From positions 320,001 through 384,000 of the forward strand of contig CBDCRW010000005.1 of NCBI GenBank assembly GCA_965221125.1: a DNA stretch of 64,000 nt, read 5' to 3'. Of this stretch, positions 40,417 through 49,486 are shown piece by piece. The notes beneath the pieces were generated by a model, which searched no databases, was not told where the DNA came from, and was given only the letters and a program-made list of their open reading frames with translations. This DNA is from Alphaproteobacteria bacterium (lineage in GTDB: Bacteria; Pseudomonadota; Alphaproteobacteria; UBA828). Each line of letters begins with the position of its first letter. The stretch's first letter is position 1. Made by a program: the position numbers and the translations under genes.

Positions 40417-40770
40417 GTGATCAGGGAGGATCAGAAGCGTACGCCGACCGTGCCGGTGCCGAGCCGCCTGCTGGCGCACCTTCGGCGCTGGGAGCGGATG
40501 GGCGCTCGATGGGTTGTGGAGATCGATGGCCAGCGTGTGGGGTCCGTCAGAACGGCGTGGAGGAAGGCGCTGCGCGACTCCGGGATCGATCCCTGCCGCC
40601 CTCATGATCTTCGACACACCTGCGCCACTTGGCTCATGCAGGCAGGAGCGGACAAGTGGGCAGTGGTTGGCTACTTGGGTATGGGCCTTGACGTGCTCGA
40701 ACGGGTGTACGGCCATCATCATCCCGATCGTCTGCGCGGCGCCGTCGAGGCCATGGAGCGGCGCGGATGA
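40417..40770 (+). pseudogene. Tyrosine integrase, C-terminal fragment
   Basis: PHDLRHTCATWLMQAG (HxxR) and VYGHHHP (catalytic Tyr region); N-terminal part absent; adjacent to attR. Confidence 0.85.
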
Positions 40771-40879
40771 TGGGCGTTTCTGTGCGATCGCAGAGAAATA
40801 GGTGGATCAAAGCGAGTTGAACGTGAACGAAACAGGCAAATATTGGCGCCCACAAGGCGAACGAATGGGTCGCGAGTGT

Positions 40880-40924
40880 CTTGGTAAGGGAGGGGTCGGA
40901 AGTTCAATTCTTCCCGGCGGCACC
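40880..40924 (+). repeat. attR: duplicated 3' half of tRNA-Thr
   Basis: CTTGGTAAGGGAGGGGTCGGAAGTTCAATTCTTCCCGGCGGCACC vs 11223-11267, one G/A mismatch in the T-loop. Confidence 0.95.
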
Positions 40925-41020
40925 GGCACCTTCACGAATGCGGCATTGCGGCCGGTCGCGCTTCCCGCCCGTGCCCCGCCTCGCCTATAATCCCCCTGAA
41001 GCGAGACCGCGGGGGTAGGC

Positions 41021-41377
41021 ATGCAGATCGCCATCACGGGCCGGCACGTCAGCGTCAACGAGAGCTTTCGCGAGCAAGTGACGCAGCGCCTCGAGACGTC
41101 GACGGGCAAGTTCTTCGCCTCCGCCATCGACGCGCAGGCCGTGTTCGCCAAGGTCGCGCAGATGATCGAGACCGACCTCATGATCCACGTCGGCCAGGGG
41201 ATCAGGTTCCAGAGCCACGCGGCGGCAGCCGACATGACGGCGAGCTTCAGCATCGCCGCCGAGAGGCTGGAGAAGCGCATGCGCCGCCACAAGCGGAAGC
41301 TGCGCGATCACCACAAGTCGCCGCGCGGCGCCAAGGCCTCGGGCGACGCGGAGTTCTCTCCGCAGCCGGCCGACTGA
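41021..41377 (+). CDS. hpf: Ribosome hibernation factor HPF/RaiA (short form)
   Basis: MQIAITGRHVSV, ERLEKRMRRHKRKLRDHH; TATAAT at 40986. Confidence 0.9.
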   Translation: MQIAITGRHVSVNESFREQVTQRLETSTGKFFASAIDAQAVFAKVAQMIETDLMIHVGQGIRFQSHAAAADMTASFSIAAERLEKRMRRHKRKLRDHHKSPRGAKASGDAEFSPQPAD

Positions 41378-41458
41378 GCGGCGCCGCGGCCGGGCGCCGG
41401 CCGCCGCCAGCTCCGACCACCTGCCGCCTTCAGGGGCAACCAACAGAGCGATCGGACA

Positions 41459-41923
41459 ATGGAGATCGCGGACCTGCTGTCGTTGGACGGCGTTGCGGAC
41501 GCGCTCAAGGCAGCCAGCAAGAAGCAGGCCCTGCAGGAGCTTTCCGCCATCGCCGCAGCCCAGACCGCGCAGGACGAACGCGCGATCCTCGACGTCCTGC
41601 TGGCGCGCGAGCGCCTCGGCTCGACCGGGGTCGGCAGGGGAGTCGCGATCCCGCACGGGAAGCTCGCGGGCCTCGCACGGATATCGGCCGTGTTCGCGCG
41701 CCTGCGCGAGCCCATCGAGTTCGACGCGGTCGACGGGCGGCCGGTCGATCTCGTCTGCCTGCTGCTGGCGCCGGAGTCTGCGGGCTCGGATCACCTGAAG
41801 GCGCTGGCGCTGGTCTCCCGCCTGTTGCGCGACGAGCGTGTCTGCGCCCGCCTGCGCGGGGCGGACAGCGCCGAGGCGCTCTACGCCGTGCTCGCCGGTG
41901 CGTCGGGCACCGCCGCGACGTGA
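41459..41923 (+). CDS. ptsN: PTS EIIA(Ntr)
   Basis: SKKQALQEL, RERLGSTGVGRGVAIPHGK, FDAVDGRPVDL. Confidence 0.95.
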   Translation: MEIADLLSLDGVADALKAASKKQALQELSAIAAAQTAQDERAILDVLLARERLGSTGVGRGVAIPHGKLAGLARISAVFARLREPIEFDAVDGRPVDLVCLLLAPESAGSDHLKALALVSRLLRDERVCARLRGADSAEALYAVLAGASGTAAT

Positions 41924-42390
41924 GCGCCCACCGCCCGCGCAGCCCCATGGTGCTGGTCCACGCGAGCTGCGTCGCCCTGGAGGGGAGCGGCGTGCTGCTG
42001 CGAGGCACCCCCGGTGCCGGCAAGTCCGACCTCGCGCTCCGCCTGATCGAGGACGGGGCTCGGCTGGTCGCGGACGACCAGGTAGCGCTGACGAGCAGCG
42101 GCGGGACGCTGCTGGCCGCGCCGCCGGCGCGCATCGCGGGGCTTCTCGAAGTGCGCGGGATCGGGATCGTCTCGATGGACTTCGTCCCCCGGTGCCCGGT
42201 TCGTCTCGTGGTCGATCTCGTCGCGCCCCAATCGGTCGAACGCATGCCGGAGGTAGCAAACGTCGCGCTCTCCGGCCATCGGCTGCGGCGCGTGGCGCTT
42301 GCTCCGTTCGAGGCGTCGGCGCCGGCCAAGGTCAGGCTTGCGCTCGCCGCCGGCGAGGCGCGCGCGCTGGCAACGCCTTCGGCCGGGTGA
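41920..42390 (+). CDS. hprK: HPr kinase/phosphatase (short alphaproteobacterial form)
   Basis: HASCV, GTPGAGKSDLAL, LVADD, LEVRGIGI. Confidence 0.9.
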   Translation: MSAHRPRSPMVLVHASCVALEGSGVLLRGTPGAGKSDLALRLIEDGARLVADDQVALTSSGGTLLAAPPARIAGLLEVRGIGIVSMDFVPRCPVRLVVDLVAPQSVERMPEVANVALSGHRLRRVALAPFEASAPAKVRLALAAGEARALATPSAG

Positions 42391-43304
42391 TGGCCGCCCA
42401 GCGCACCGCCGAGCGGACCCTCGTGCTGGTGACGGGCATGTCCGGCGCCGGCAAGTCGACGGCGCTCAAGATTTTGGAAGACCTCGGTTACGAGGCGATC
42501 GACAACCTGCCGCTCTCGCTGCTCTCGGACCTGGTCCGGGAGAGAGACGACGGTAGCCGCGAAGGCGCGCTCGCTCTCGGCATCGATTCGCGCACGCGGG
42601 GGTTCGACCCCGGCGACATCGAGCGCTACCTCGGCCCGCTGCTGGGCGCACGCGGGCCCGACGTCATCGCGCTGCTCTTTCTTGACTGCGAGACGGAAGT
42701 GCTGCGCCGGCGCTTCAGCGAGACCCGCCGCCCGCACCCGCTGGCCCACGACCGCCCGGTCGACGAGGGAATCCAGCGCGAGCGGGCGCTGCTCGGCTGG
42801 CTCCGCGAACGGGCGGATCTCACCATCGATACCAGCCGGCTTTCCGTCCGCGATCTGCGCGGCATCATCGCCGCCCGCTTCCAGCCGGAGGCCGAGCACG
42901 GGCCGGCGGTCTTCGTGCTCTCCTTCGCCTACAGCCAGGGCGTGCCGCCGGAGGCCGACTTCGTGTTCGACGTCCGCTTCCTCCGCAATCCCCATCATGT
43001 GCCCGCGCTGCGGCCGCTCACCGGGCGCGAGCCCGAGGTCGCGGATTACGTGCGGGAGGATCCGGCTTACGCCCCCTTCTTCGACGGCATGGTTGCGATG
43101 CTCACTCCGCTGCTGCCGGCCTTCGAGCGGGACGGCCGGTCCTACCTCACCGTGGCGCTGGGCTGCACCGGCGGGCGCCACCGCTCCGTCGCCGCGGCGG
43201 AACACCTGGCCGCGGCGCTGGGGGGCGGCCGCTGGCAGGTCACGCTACGCCACCGGGACCTCGAAGCCGGGGACGGCGAGCGGGAACGGCAGGCGGTGGG
43301 CTGA
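42390..43304 (+). CDS. rapZ: RNase adapter RapZ (P-loop)
   Basis: VTGMSGAGKS, LEDLGYEAIDNLP, ETRRPHPL, DVRFLRNP, GCTGGRHRSV. Confidence 0.95.
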   Translation: MAAQRTAERTLVLVTGMSGAGKSTALKILEDLGYEAIDNLPLSLLSDLVRERDDGSREGALALGIDSRTRGFDPGDIERYLGPLLGARGPDVIALLFLDCETEVLRRRFSETRRPHPLAHDRPVDEGIQRERALLGWLRERADLTIDTSRLSVRDLRGIIAARFQPEAEHGPAVFVLSFAYSQGVPPEADFVFDVRFLRNPHHVPALRPLTGREPEVADYVREDPAYAPFFDGMVAMLTPLLPAFERDGRSYLTVALGCTGGRHRSVAAAEHLAAALGGGRWQVTLRHRDLEAGDGERERQAVG

Positions 43305-43308
43305 GCCG

Positions 43309-43716
43309 ATGATCGGCCTCGTTCTCGTCACCCACGGGCGCCTCGCCGAGGAATTCGTCGCGGCGACCGAGCACGTCGTCGGGCCGCAGCCGCGCACGCG
43401 CGCCGTCTGCATCGGCCCCGACGACGACATGGAGCGGCGCCGCCGGGACATTCTTGACGCGATCGGCGAGACCGACGCGGGCGACGGCGTGATCGTGCTC
43501 ACCGACATGTTCGGCGGCACGCCGTCCAACCTCGCCATCTCGGTCATGGAGGGCGCGAACGTCGAGGTCATCGCCGGCGTGAACCTGCCGATGCTAATCA
43601 AGCTCGCGAGCGTGCGCTCAGGCCACGATCTGCGGAGCGCCGTGGCGGCGGCCCAGGAGGCCGGGCGCACCTATATCCATGTCGCGGGCCGGCTGCTCGA
43701 GGACGACGGGGCGTGA
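43309..43716 (+). CDS. PTS EIIA mannose-type (ManX-like)
   Basis: MIGLVLVTHG, TDMFGGTPSN, GVNLPML. Confidence 0.93.
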   Translation: MIGLVLVTHGRLAEEFVAATEHVVGPQPRTRAVCIGPDDDMERRRRDILDAIGETDAGDGVIVLTDMFGGTPSNLAISVMEGANVEVIAGVNLPMLIKLASVRSGHDLRSAVAAAQEAGRTYIHVAGRLLEDDGA

Positions 43717-44012
43717 GCGAGACCGCGGCCGAGTGCAGCAAGGGAAGCCGCGGGCGCACCTGCCTGATCGGCAACCGGCGAGGTTTGCACGCCAGGGCGG
43801 CCGCGAAGTTCGTCAAGACCGCCTCGGGCTTCGACGCCGACGTCACCGTCTCCTGCAACGGCACGCGGGTCTCGGGCCACTCGATCCTGGGCCTGATGAT
43901 GCTGGCGGCGGGGCCGGGCAGCGAGATCAGGATCGAGACCTCCGGCAGGGACGCGGACGCGGCGCTCGCGGCGCTCGCCGGGCTGGTCGAGGGCGGCTTC
44001 GATGAAGACTGA
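43713..44012 (+). CDS. ptsH: HPr/NPr phosphocarrier
   Basis: NRRGLHARAAAKFV (His15) and SILGLMML (Ser46). Confidence 0.92.
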   Translation: MSETAAECSKGSRGRTCLIGNRRGLHARAAAKFVKTASGFDADVTVSCNGTRVSGHSILGLMMLAAGPGSEIRIETSGRDADAALAALAGLVEGGFDED

Positions 44013-45795
44013 GGCCGTCGCGCGCCCGGCGGCCGAGGCGCTGGCCGAGCGGCCCGAGCGGCACTTCAAGGGCCTCGGCGTCTCCGCCGGCATCGCGGTG
44101 GGGCCGGCGCACGTGGTCGAGCGCGGCCTCATCGACGTGCCGGAATACCGTATCGAGGACGATGCGATCGAGGCCGAGATCGCGCGCTTCCGCGAGGCCG
44201 TCTCGCTCTCCGTCTCGCAGATCCACAGCCTGCAGGCCAAGGCCGAAACGCTGCCGGAAGAGGTCGCGGGCCAGCTGCGCTACCTGCTCGACGCGCACCT
44301 GCTGATGCTCTCCGGCTCCCGGCTCGTGCGGGGCGTCGAGGCCCGCATCCGGGATGCGCGCATCAACGCCGAGGCGGCGATTCAGATGCAGCTCTCGGAG
44401 ATCGCCCAGGCCTTTGCCGGGATGGAGGACTCGTATCTCGCCGGCAAGATCGACGACGTGCGGGAAGCGAGCGGGCGCCTGGTGCGCAACCTGACCCGCG
44501 CCGGCTACCAGGCGTTCTCCGGCGTCGCATCCGGCACCATCGTCATCGCCGAGGAGATCACGCCGGCCGATACCGCGCTCATGGACCCGGCGCGCATCGG
44601 CGGTTTTGCGGCGGCGCACGGCGGGGCCGAGGGGCACACCGCGATCATGGCGCGCTCGCTCGGCCTGCCGGCGGTGCTCGGCGTGGCGGGCCTCGCGGGC
44701 GCCGTGCGCTCGGGCGACGTGGTGGCCGTGGACGGGGTGCGCGGCGGGCTCGTGGTCAACCCCGGCGAGGCGACGATCGCGCGGCTCGAGCGCAGGCGCC
44801 GCGCGCTGGAGCGCCGCGAGCGCCAGCTTGCCCGGCTGCGCCAGGTGGCCGCGGTCTCGCAAGACGGCGAGCGCGTGACGCTCCAGTGCAACATCGAGCT
44901 GCCCAACGAGCTGGCGCAGGCGCAGGAGGCCGGCGCGGAGGGCATCGGGCTTCTGCGCAGCGAGTTCATGTACATGAACCGCGACCAGCCGCCGAGCCAG
45001 GACGAACAGTACGTCGCGTTGAAGGACATCGTCGACGGCATGGAGGGGGCGCCGGTGACGGTGCGGACCCTCGACGTGGGCTCGGACAAGCTCGCCTACT
45101 CGCTCGGCGCGCACATCACGCCGAGCGTCAATCCGGCGCTAGGCCTCCGCGCTGTGCGGCTTTCGCTCAAGACGCCGGCGCTGCTGGAGGCGCAGATCGC
45201 GGCGATCCTCCGTGCCGGCGCCCACGGGCCGGTGCGCATCCTGGTGCCGATGATCACCTCGGTCGACGAGATCAGGGCCGTGCGGAAGGCGCTGGACAAG
45301 ATGGTGCGCAGGCTGACCCGCGCGCGGGTGCCGATCGCCGATGCGCCGCCGCTCGGCATCATGATCGAGACGCCGGGCGCTGCGCTCGCGGCGGATGCGC
45401 TGGCCGGCGCCTGCGATTTCTTCTCCCTCGGCACCAACGACCTCACCATGTACACGCTGGCGATCGACCGCGGCGACGACCAGGTGGCTCACCTCTACGA
45501 CCCCCTCCATCCCGCGGTGCTCCGGCTCATCCGCTTCGCCACCGACGCGGCCCGGCGTGCCGGCATTCCGGTCAATCTCTGCGGCGAGCTTGCGGGCAAT
45601 CCGCGCTTCACCGCGATGCTGGTGGGCTTCGGCCTGCGCGATCTCTCCATGGCGCCGCCCAACGTGCCGCGCGTGAAGCAGCGCATCCTCGGCCTCGACG
45701 CTTCTGCCGCGGCGCACCATGCGGAGGAGCTGCTGAGCCAGTCCGAGGCGGGACGGATCGCGAAGCTGATCGACGAGTTCTCGAATGGAAAGTAG
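44002..45795 (+). CDS. ptsI: PEP-protein phosphotransferase, enzyme I (no GAF domain)
   Basis: [53 protein letters not shown]. Confidence 0.93.
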   Translation: MKTEAVARPAAEALAERPERHFKGLGVSAGIAVGPAHVVERGLIDVPEYRIEDDAIEAEIARFREAVSLSVSQIHSLQAKAETLPEEVAGQLRYLLDAHLLMLSGSRLVRGVEARIRDARINAEAAIQMQLSEIAQAFAGMEDSYLAGKIDDVREASGRLVRNLTRAGYQAFSGVASGTIVIAEEITPADTALMDPARIGGFAAAHGGAEGHTAIMARSLGLPAVLGVAGLAGAVRSGDVVAVDGVRGGLVVNPGEATIARLERRRRALERRERQLARLRQVAAVSQDGERVTLQCNIELPNELAQAQEAGAEGIGLLRSEFMYMNRDQPPSQDEQYVALKDIVDGMEGAPVTVRTLDVGSDKLAYSLGAHITPSVNPALGLRAVRLSLKTPALLEAQIAAILRAGAHGPVRILVPMITSVDEIRAVRKALDKMVRRLTRARVPIADAPPLGIMIETPGAALAADALAGACDFFSLGTNDLTMYTLAIDRGDDQVAHLYDPLHPAVLRLIRFATDAARRAGIPVNLCGELAGNPRFTAMLVGFGLRDLSMAPPNVPRVKQRILGLDASAAAHHAEELLSQSEAGRIAKLIDEFSNGK

Positions 45796-45914
45796 TGCCG
45801 CGCCAAGGCAGAGGCGGCGCCGGTTGTGAGCCCCCGGCGGCGATGCTAAAAGCCGCGCCGGCAGCGGATCGGATGTCGCGCGCCGAAGCGAACGTGTACT
45901 CAGGGAACAGCGCG

Positions 45915-47210
<1,296 letters not shown>

Positions 47211-47268
47211 CGATAGGGCGCCCGGCGCCACGGGAAGCGAGCGCGCCACGCCGCGCGAGCCGCTGACC

Positions 47269-47742
47269 GTGCGCGTGCGGACCCTCGCGGATACCGAGAG
47301 GCTGGCGGCGTGCCTCGCCCCGCACGCGGCACCCGGCGACGTGATCGGGCTTTGCGGGGCGCTCGGCAGCGGCAAGACCGCGTTCGCGCGGGCCTTCATC
47401 CGCGCGCGGCTGGGCCGGGATGCGGAGGAGGTGCCGAGCCCCACCTTCACCCTGGTGCAGCTCTACGAGCACGCGGCGGGCGCGATCTGGCACTTCGACC
47501 TCTATCGGCTGAGCGAGGCGAAGGACGCCTACGAGCTTGGCATCGAGGACGCGTTTGCGGGCGCGATCTCGCTGATCGAGTGGCCGGAGACGCTGGGCGC
47601 CATCCTGCCGGGCGACTGGCTCCAAGTGCATCTCGCGCCGGGGGAAGACGAAAGGGAGCGGCTCGTCACGATCGCCCCGCACGGCCCGCGCGCCGGCGCG
47701 CTCGCCGAAGCGCTGGTCCAAGACCCGGAGCGGGACGGGTGA
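47269..47742 (+). CDS. tsaE: tRNA threonylcarbamoyladenosine biosynthesis ATPase
   Basis: GALGSGKT, VPSPTFTLVQLY, HFDLYRL, LIEWP; start uncertain. Confidence 0.93.
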   Translation: MRVRTLADTERLAACLAPHAAPGDVIGLCGALGSGKTAFARAFIRARLGRDAEEVPSPTFTLVQLYEHAAGAIWHFDLYRLSEAKDAYELGIEDAFAGAISLIEWPETLGAILPGDWLQVHLAPGEDERERLVTIAPHGPRAGALAEALVQDPERDG

Positions 47743-48746
47743 ACGATCGAGATCGCGAGCGCGAACGGTGGGCTTTCGTCGCAGACGCGGGCTGGGGCGG
47801 TGCGGCGCAGGCGCCGCTCGCGGGCGATGCCTCGGCGCGGCGCTACGCGCGGCTCGCGCAGGGCGGCGCGACGGCGGTGCTCATGGACGACCCGCCGCCG
47901 GGGCACTCGGTCGCCGCCTTCGTGCGGATCGCGCGGCTGCTGAGCGGCATGGGCTACAGCGCGCCGGAGGTGCTCGCGGCGGACGAGGAACAGGGCTTCG
48001 CCCTGCTCGAGGATTTCGGGGACGACAGTTTCTCGGCCCTGCTCGCCGGCCCGGCGGCAGCGTCCCTCGAACGCACGCTCTACGAGGCGGCGACCGATTT
48101 TCTGATCGACCTTCACCGCCGGCCGGTGCCGCCGGGCCTCTGCCGTTACGATGCGGACTGGATGCTCGACGACGCGACACTCTTCCTGGAGAGCATTGGC
48201 GATGAGGCGATGAACGCATCCATGGCGGCGGAATTCGAGGCGGCATGGCGGGCACCGCTGGAGGAAGCCGCAGCCGGTCCGCAGGCGCTCTGCCTGCGGG
48301 ATTTTCACGCCGGCAACCTGATGTGGCTGCCCGCGCGCGGCGAAGGGAGCGAGGGGCGTGCGCTCGGCCGCGTCGGCCTGCTGGACTTTCAGGACGCGCG
48401 CGCAGGCCCCGCCGCCTACGACCTGGTCTCGCTGCTGCAGGATGCGCGCCGCGACCTCGGCAGCGGGCTGGAGGCGGCGATGATCGCACGCTACCTGCAG
48501 GCGTCGCCTGGCGTGCGTGAGGCGAAGTTCCGCGCGGCCTACGCCATCCTCGGCGCGCAGCGGGCGGTGCGGATCATCAGCGTCTTTCACCGCCTCGCGC
48601 GGCGGGACGGCAAGCCCGCCTACCTCGCCCATCTGCCGCGCGTGTGGGGGCACTTCGCCCGCGATCTCGCCCATCCTGCGCTCGCGCCGGTGCGGGCCTG
48701 GATCGAGCGCCGGTGCCCCGCGCGCATGGAGCGCGCCGCGCCGTGA
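47739..48746 (+). CDS. amgK: MurNAc/GlcNAc anomeric kinase (APH family)
   Basis: LAGDASARRYARL, LLEDFGD, RDFHAGNLM, LDFQDA, YDLVSLLQD. Confidence 0.85.
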   Translation: MNDRDRERERWAFVADAGWGGAAQAPLAGDASARRYARLAQGGATAVLMDDPPPGHSVAAFVRIARLLSGMGYSAPEVLAADEEQGFALLEDFGDDSFSALLAGPAAASLERTLYEAATDFLIDLHRRPVPPGLCRYDADWMLDDATLFLESIGDEAMNASMAAEFEAAWRAPLEEAAAGPQALCLRDFHAGNLMWLPARGEGSEGRALGRVGLLDFQDARAGPAAYDLVSLLQDARRDLGSGLEAAMIARYLQASPGVREAKFRAAYAILGAQRAVRIISVFHRLARRDGKPAYLAHLPRVWGHFARDLAHPALAPVRAWIERRCPARMERAAP

Positions 48747-49486
48747 CCGCGCAACCCTCGCGCGGGATGGTGCTGGCCGCAGGGCTGGGCACCCGCATGC
48801 GCGCAGTGAGCGAGACGATCCCGAAGCCGCTGGTGCCGCTTGCCGGCAAGCCGCTCCTCGCCCACGCGCTCGAAAGCCTGGAGCGCGCCGGGGTGGGCGA
48901 GGTCGTCGTCAACACCCACCACCTGGCGGAACAGATCGAGGATTTTCTTGCCGGCCGAGCGGCCCGGCCCGGCGCGCCCCGCATCCGCATCTCGCGCGAA
49001 GAGGAGCGGCTGGAGACCGGCGGCGGCGTGCGCCGGGCGCTTCGATGGCTGGGCGACGACGCCTTCTACGTGATGAACAGCGATGCCGTGATTGCCGAGC
49101 GCGGCACGCCCGCGCTGGCGCGCCTGGCCGGGGCGTGGGAGGGGGAAGCGATGGATGCGCTCCTGCTCCTCTGTCCGCTCACGTGCGCGCTCGGCTGCGG
49201 GGGCGCCGGCGACTTCTTCCAGGGCGGCGACGGGCGGCTCGCCCGGCGCGGGACGGCGGCGCGCGCGCCCTACGTCTTCACCGGCGTGCAGCTTCTCCAT
49301 CCCCGGCTCTTCGCGGATGCCCCCGCCGGCGCCTATTCGCTCAACCGCCACTACGACGAGGCGATGGGCGCGGGCCGCCTGTTCGGCGTCGTGCATCGCG
49401 GCCACATGCTCCACGTCGGCTCGCCGGAGGGGCTGGCAGCGGCCGAGCGCTTCCTCGCAGGCGAGGGAGGGGACGGGGAGGGATGA
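48743..49486 (+). CDS. murU: MurNAc-1-phosphate uridylyltransferase-like nucleotidyltransferase
   Basis: MVLAAGLGTRMR, PKPLV, VVNTHHL, LETGGG; follows amgK. Confidence 0.85.
   Translation: MTAQPSRGMVLAAGLGTRMRAVSETIPKPLVPLAGKPLLAHALESLERAGVGEVVVNTHHLAEQIEDFLAGRAARPGAPRIRISREEERLETGGGVRRALRWLGDDAFYVMNSDAVIAERGTPALARLAGAWEGEAMDALLLLCPLTCALGCGGAGDFFQGGDGRLARRGTAARAPYVFTGVQLLHPRLFADAPAGAYSLNRHYDEAMGAGRLFGVVHRGHMLHVGSPEGLAAAERFLAGEGGDGEG

Larger units (their letters stand above)
11223..40924. mobile_element. Decayed integrative genomic island in tRNA-Thr(GGT)
   Basis: 45-bp direct repeat of the tRNA 3' half at 11223-11267 and 40880-40924 (1 mismatch); integrase fragment next to the right end; rep remnant, IS elements and catabolic cargo inside. 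Confidence 0.92.

Noticed and set aside
37029-40880. Complete DGR cassette (RT, Avd, template repeat) near the FGE gene
   Set aside because: No reverse transcriptase motif and no second copy of the 39191-39310 segment seen in the window; only the target-side features are supported
40880-40924. Second tRNA-Thr gene
   Set aside because: Only the 3' half is present, without D-arm or 5' acceptor strand; it is the attR
11223-40924. Prophage or conjugative element
   Set aside because: No capsid, terminase, tail, relaxase or T4SS genes; only integrase and rep remnants
45796-45914. SAH or SAM-SAH riboswitch upstream of ahcY
   Set aside because: I could not find the conserved riboswitch motifs; only a weak promoter-like TTGTGA-N17-TAAAAG
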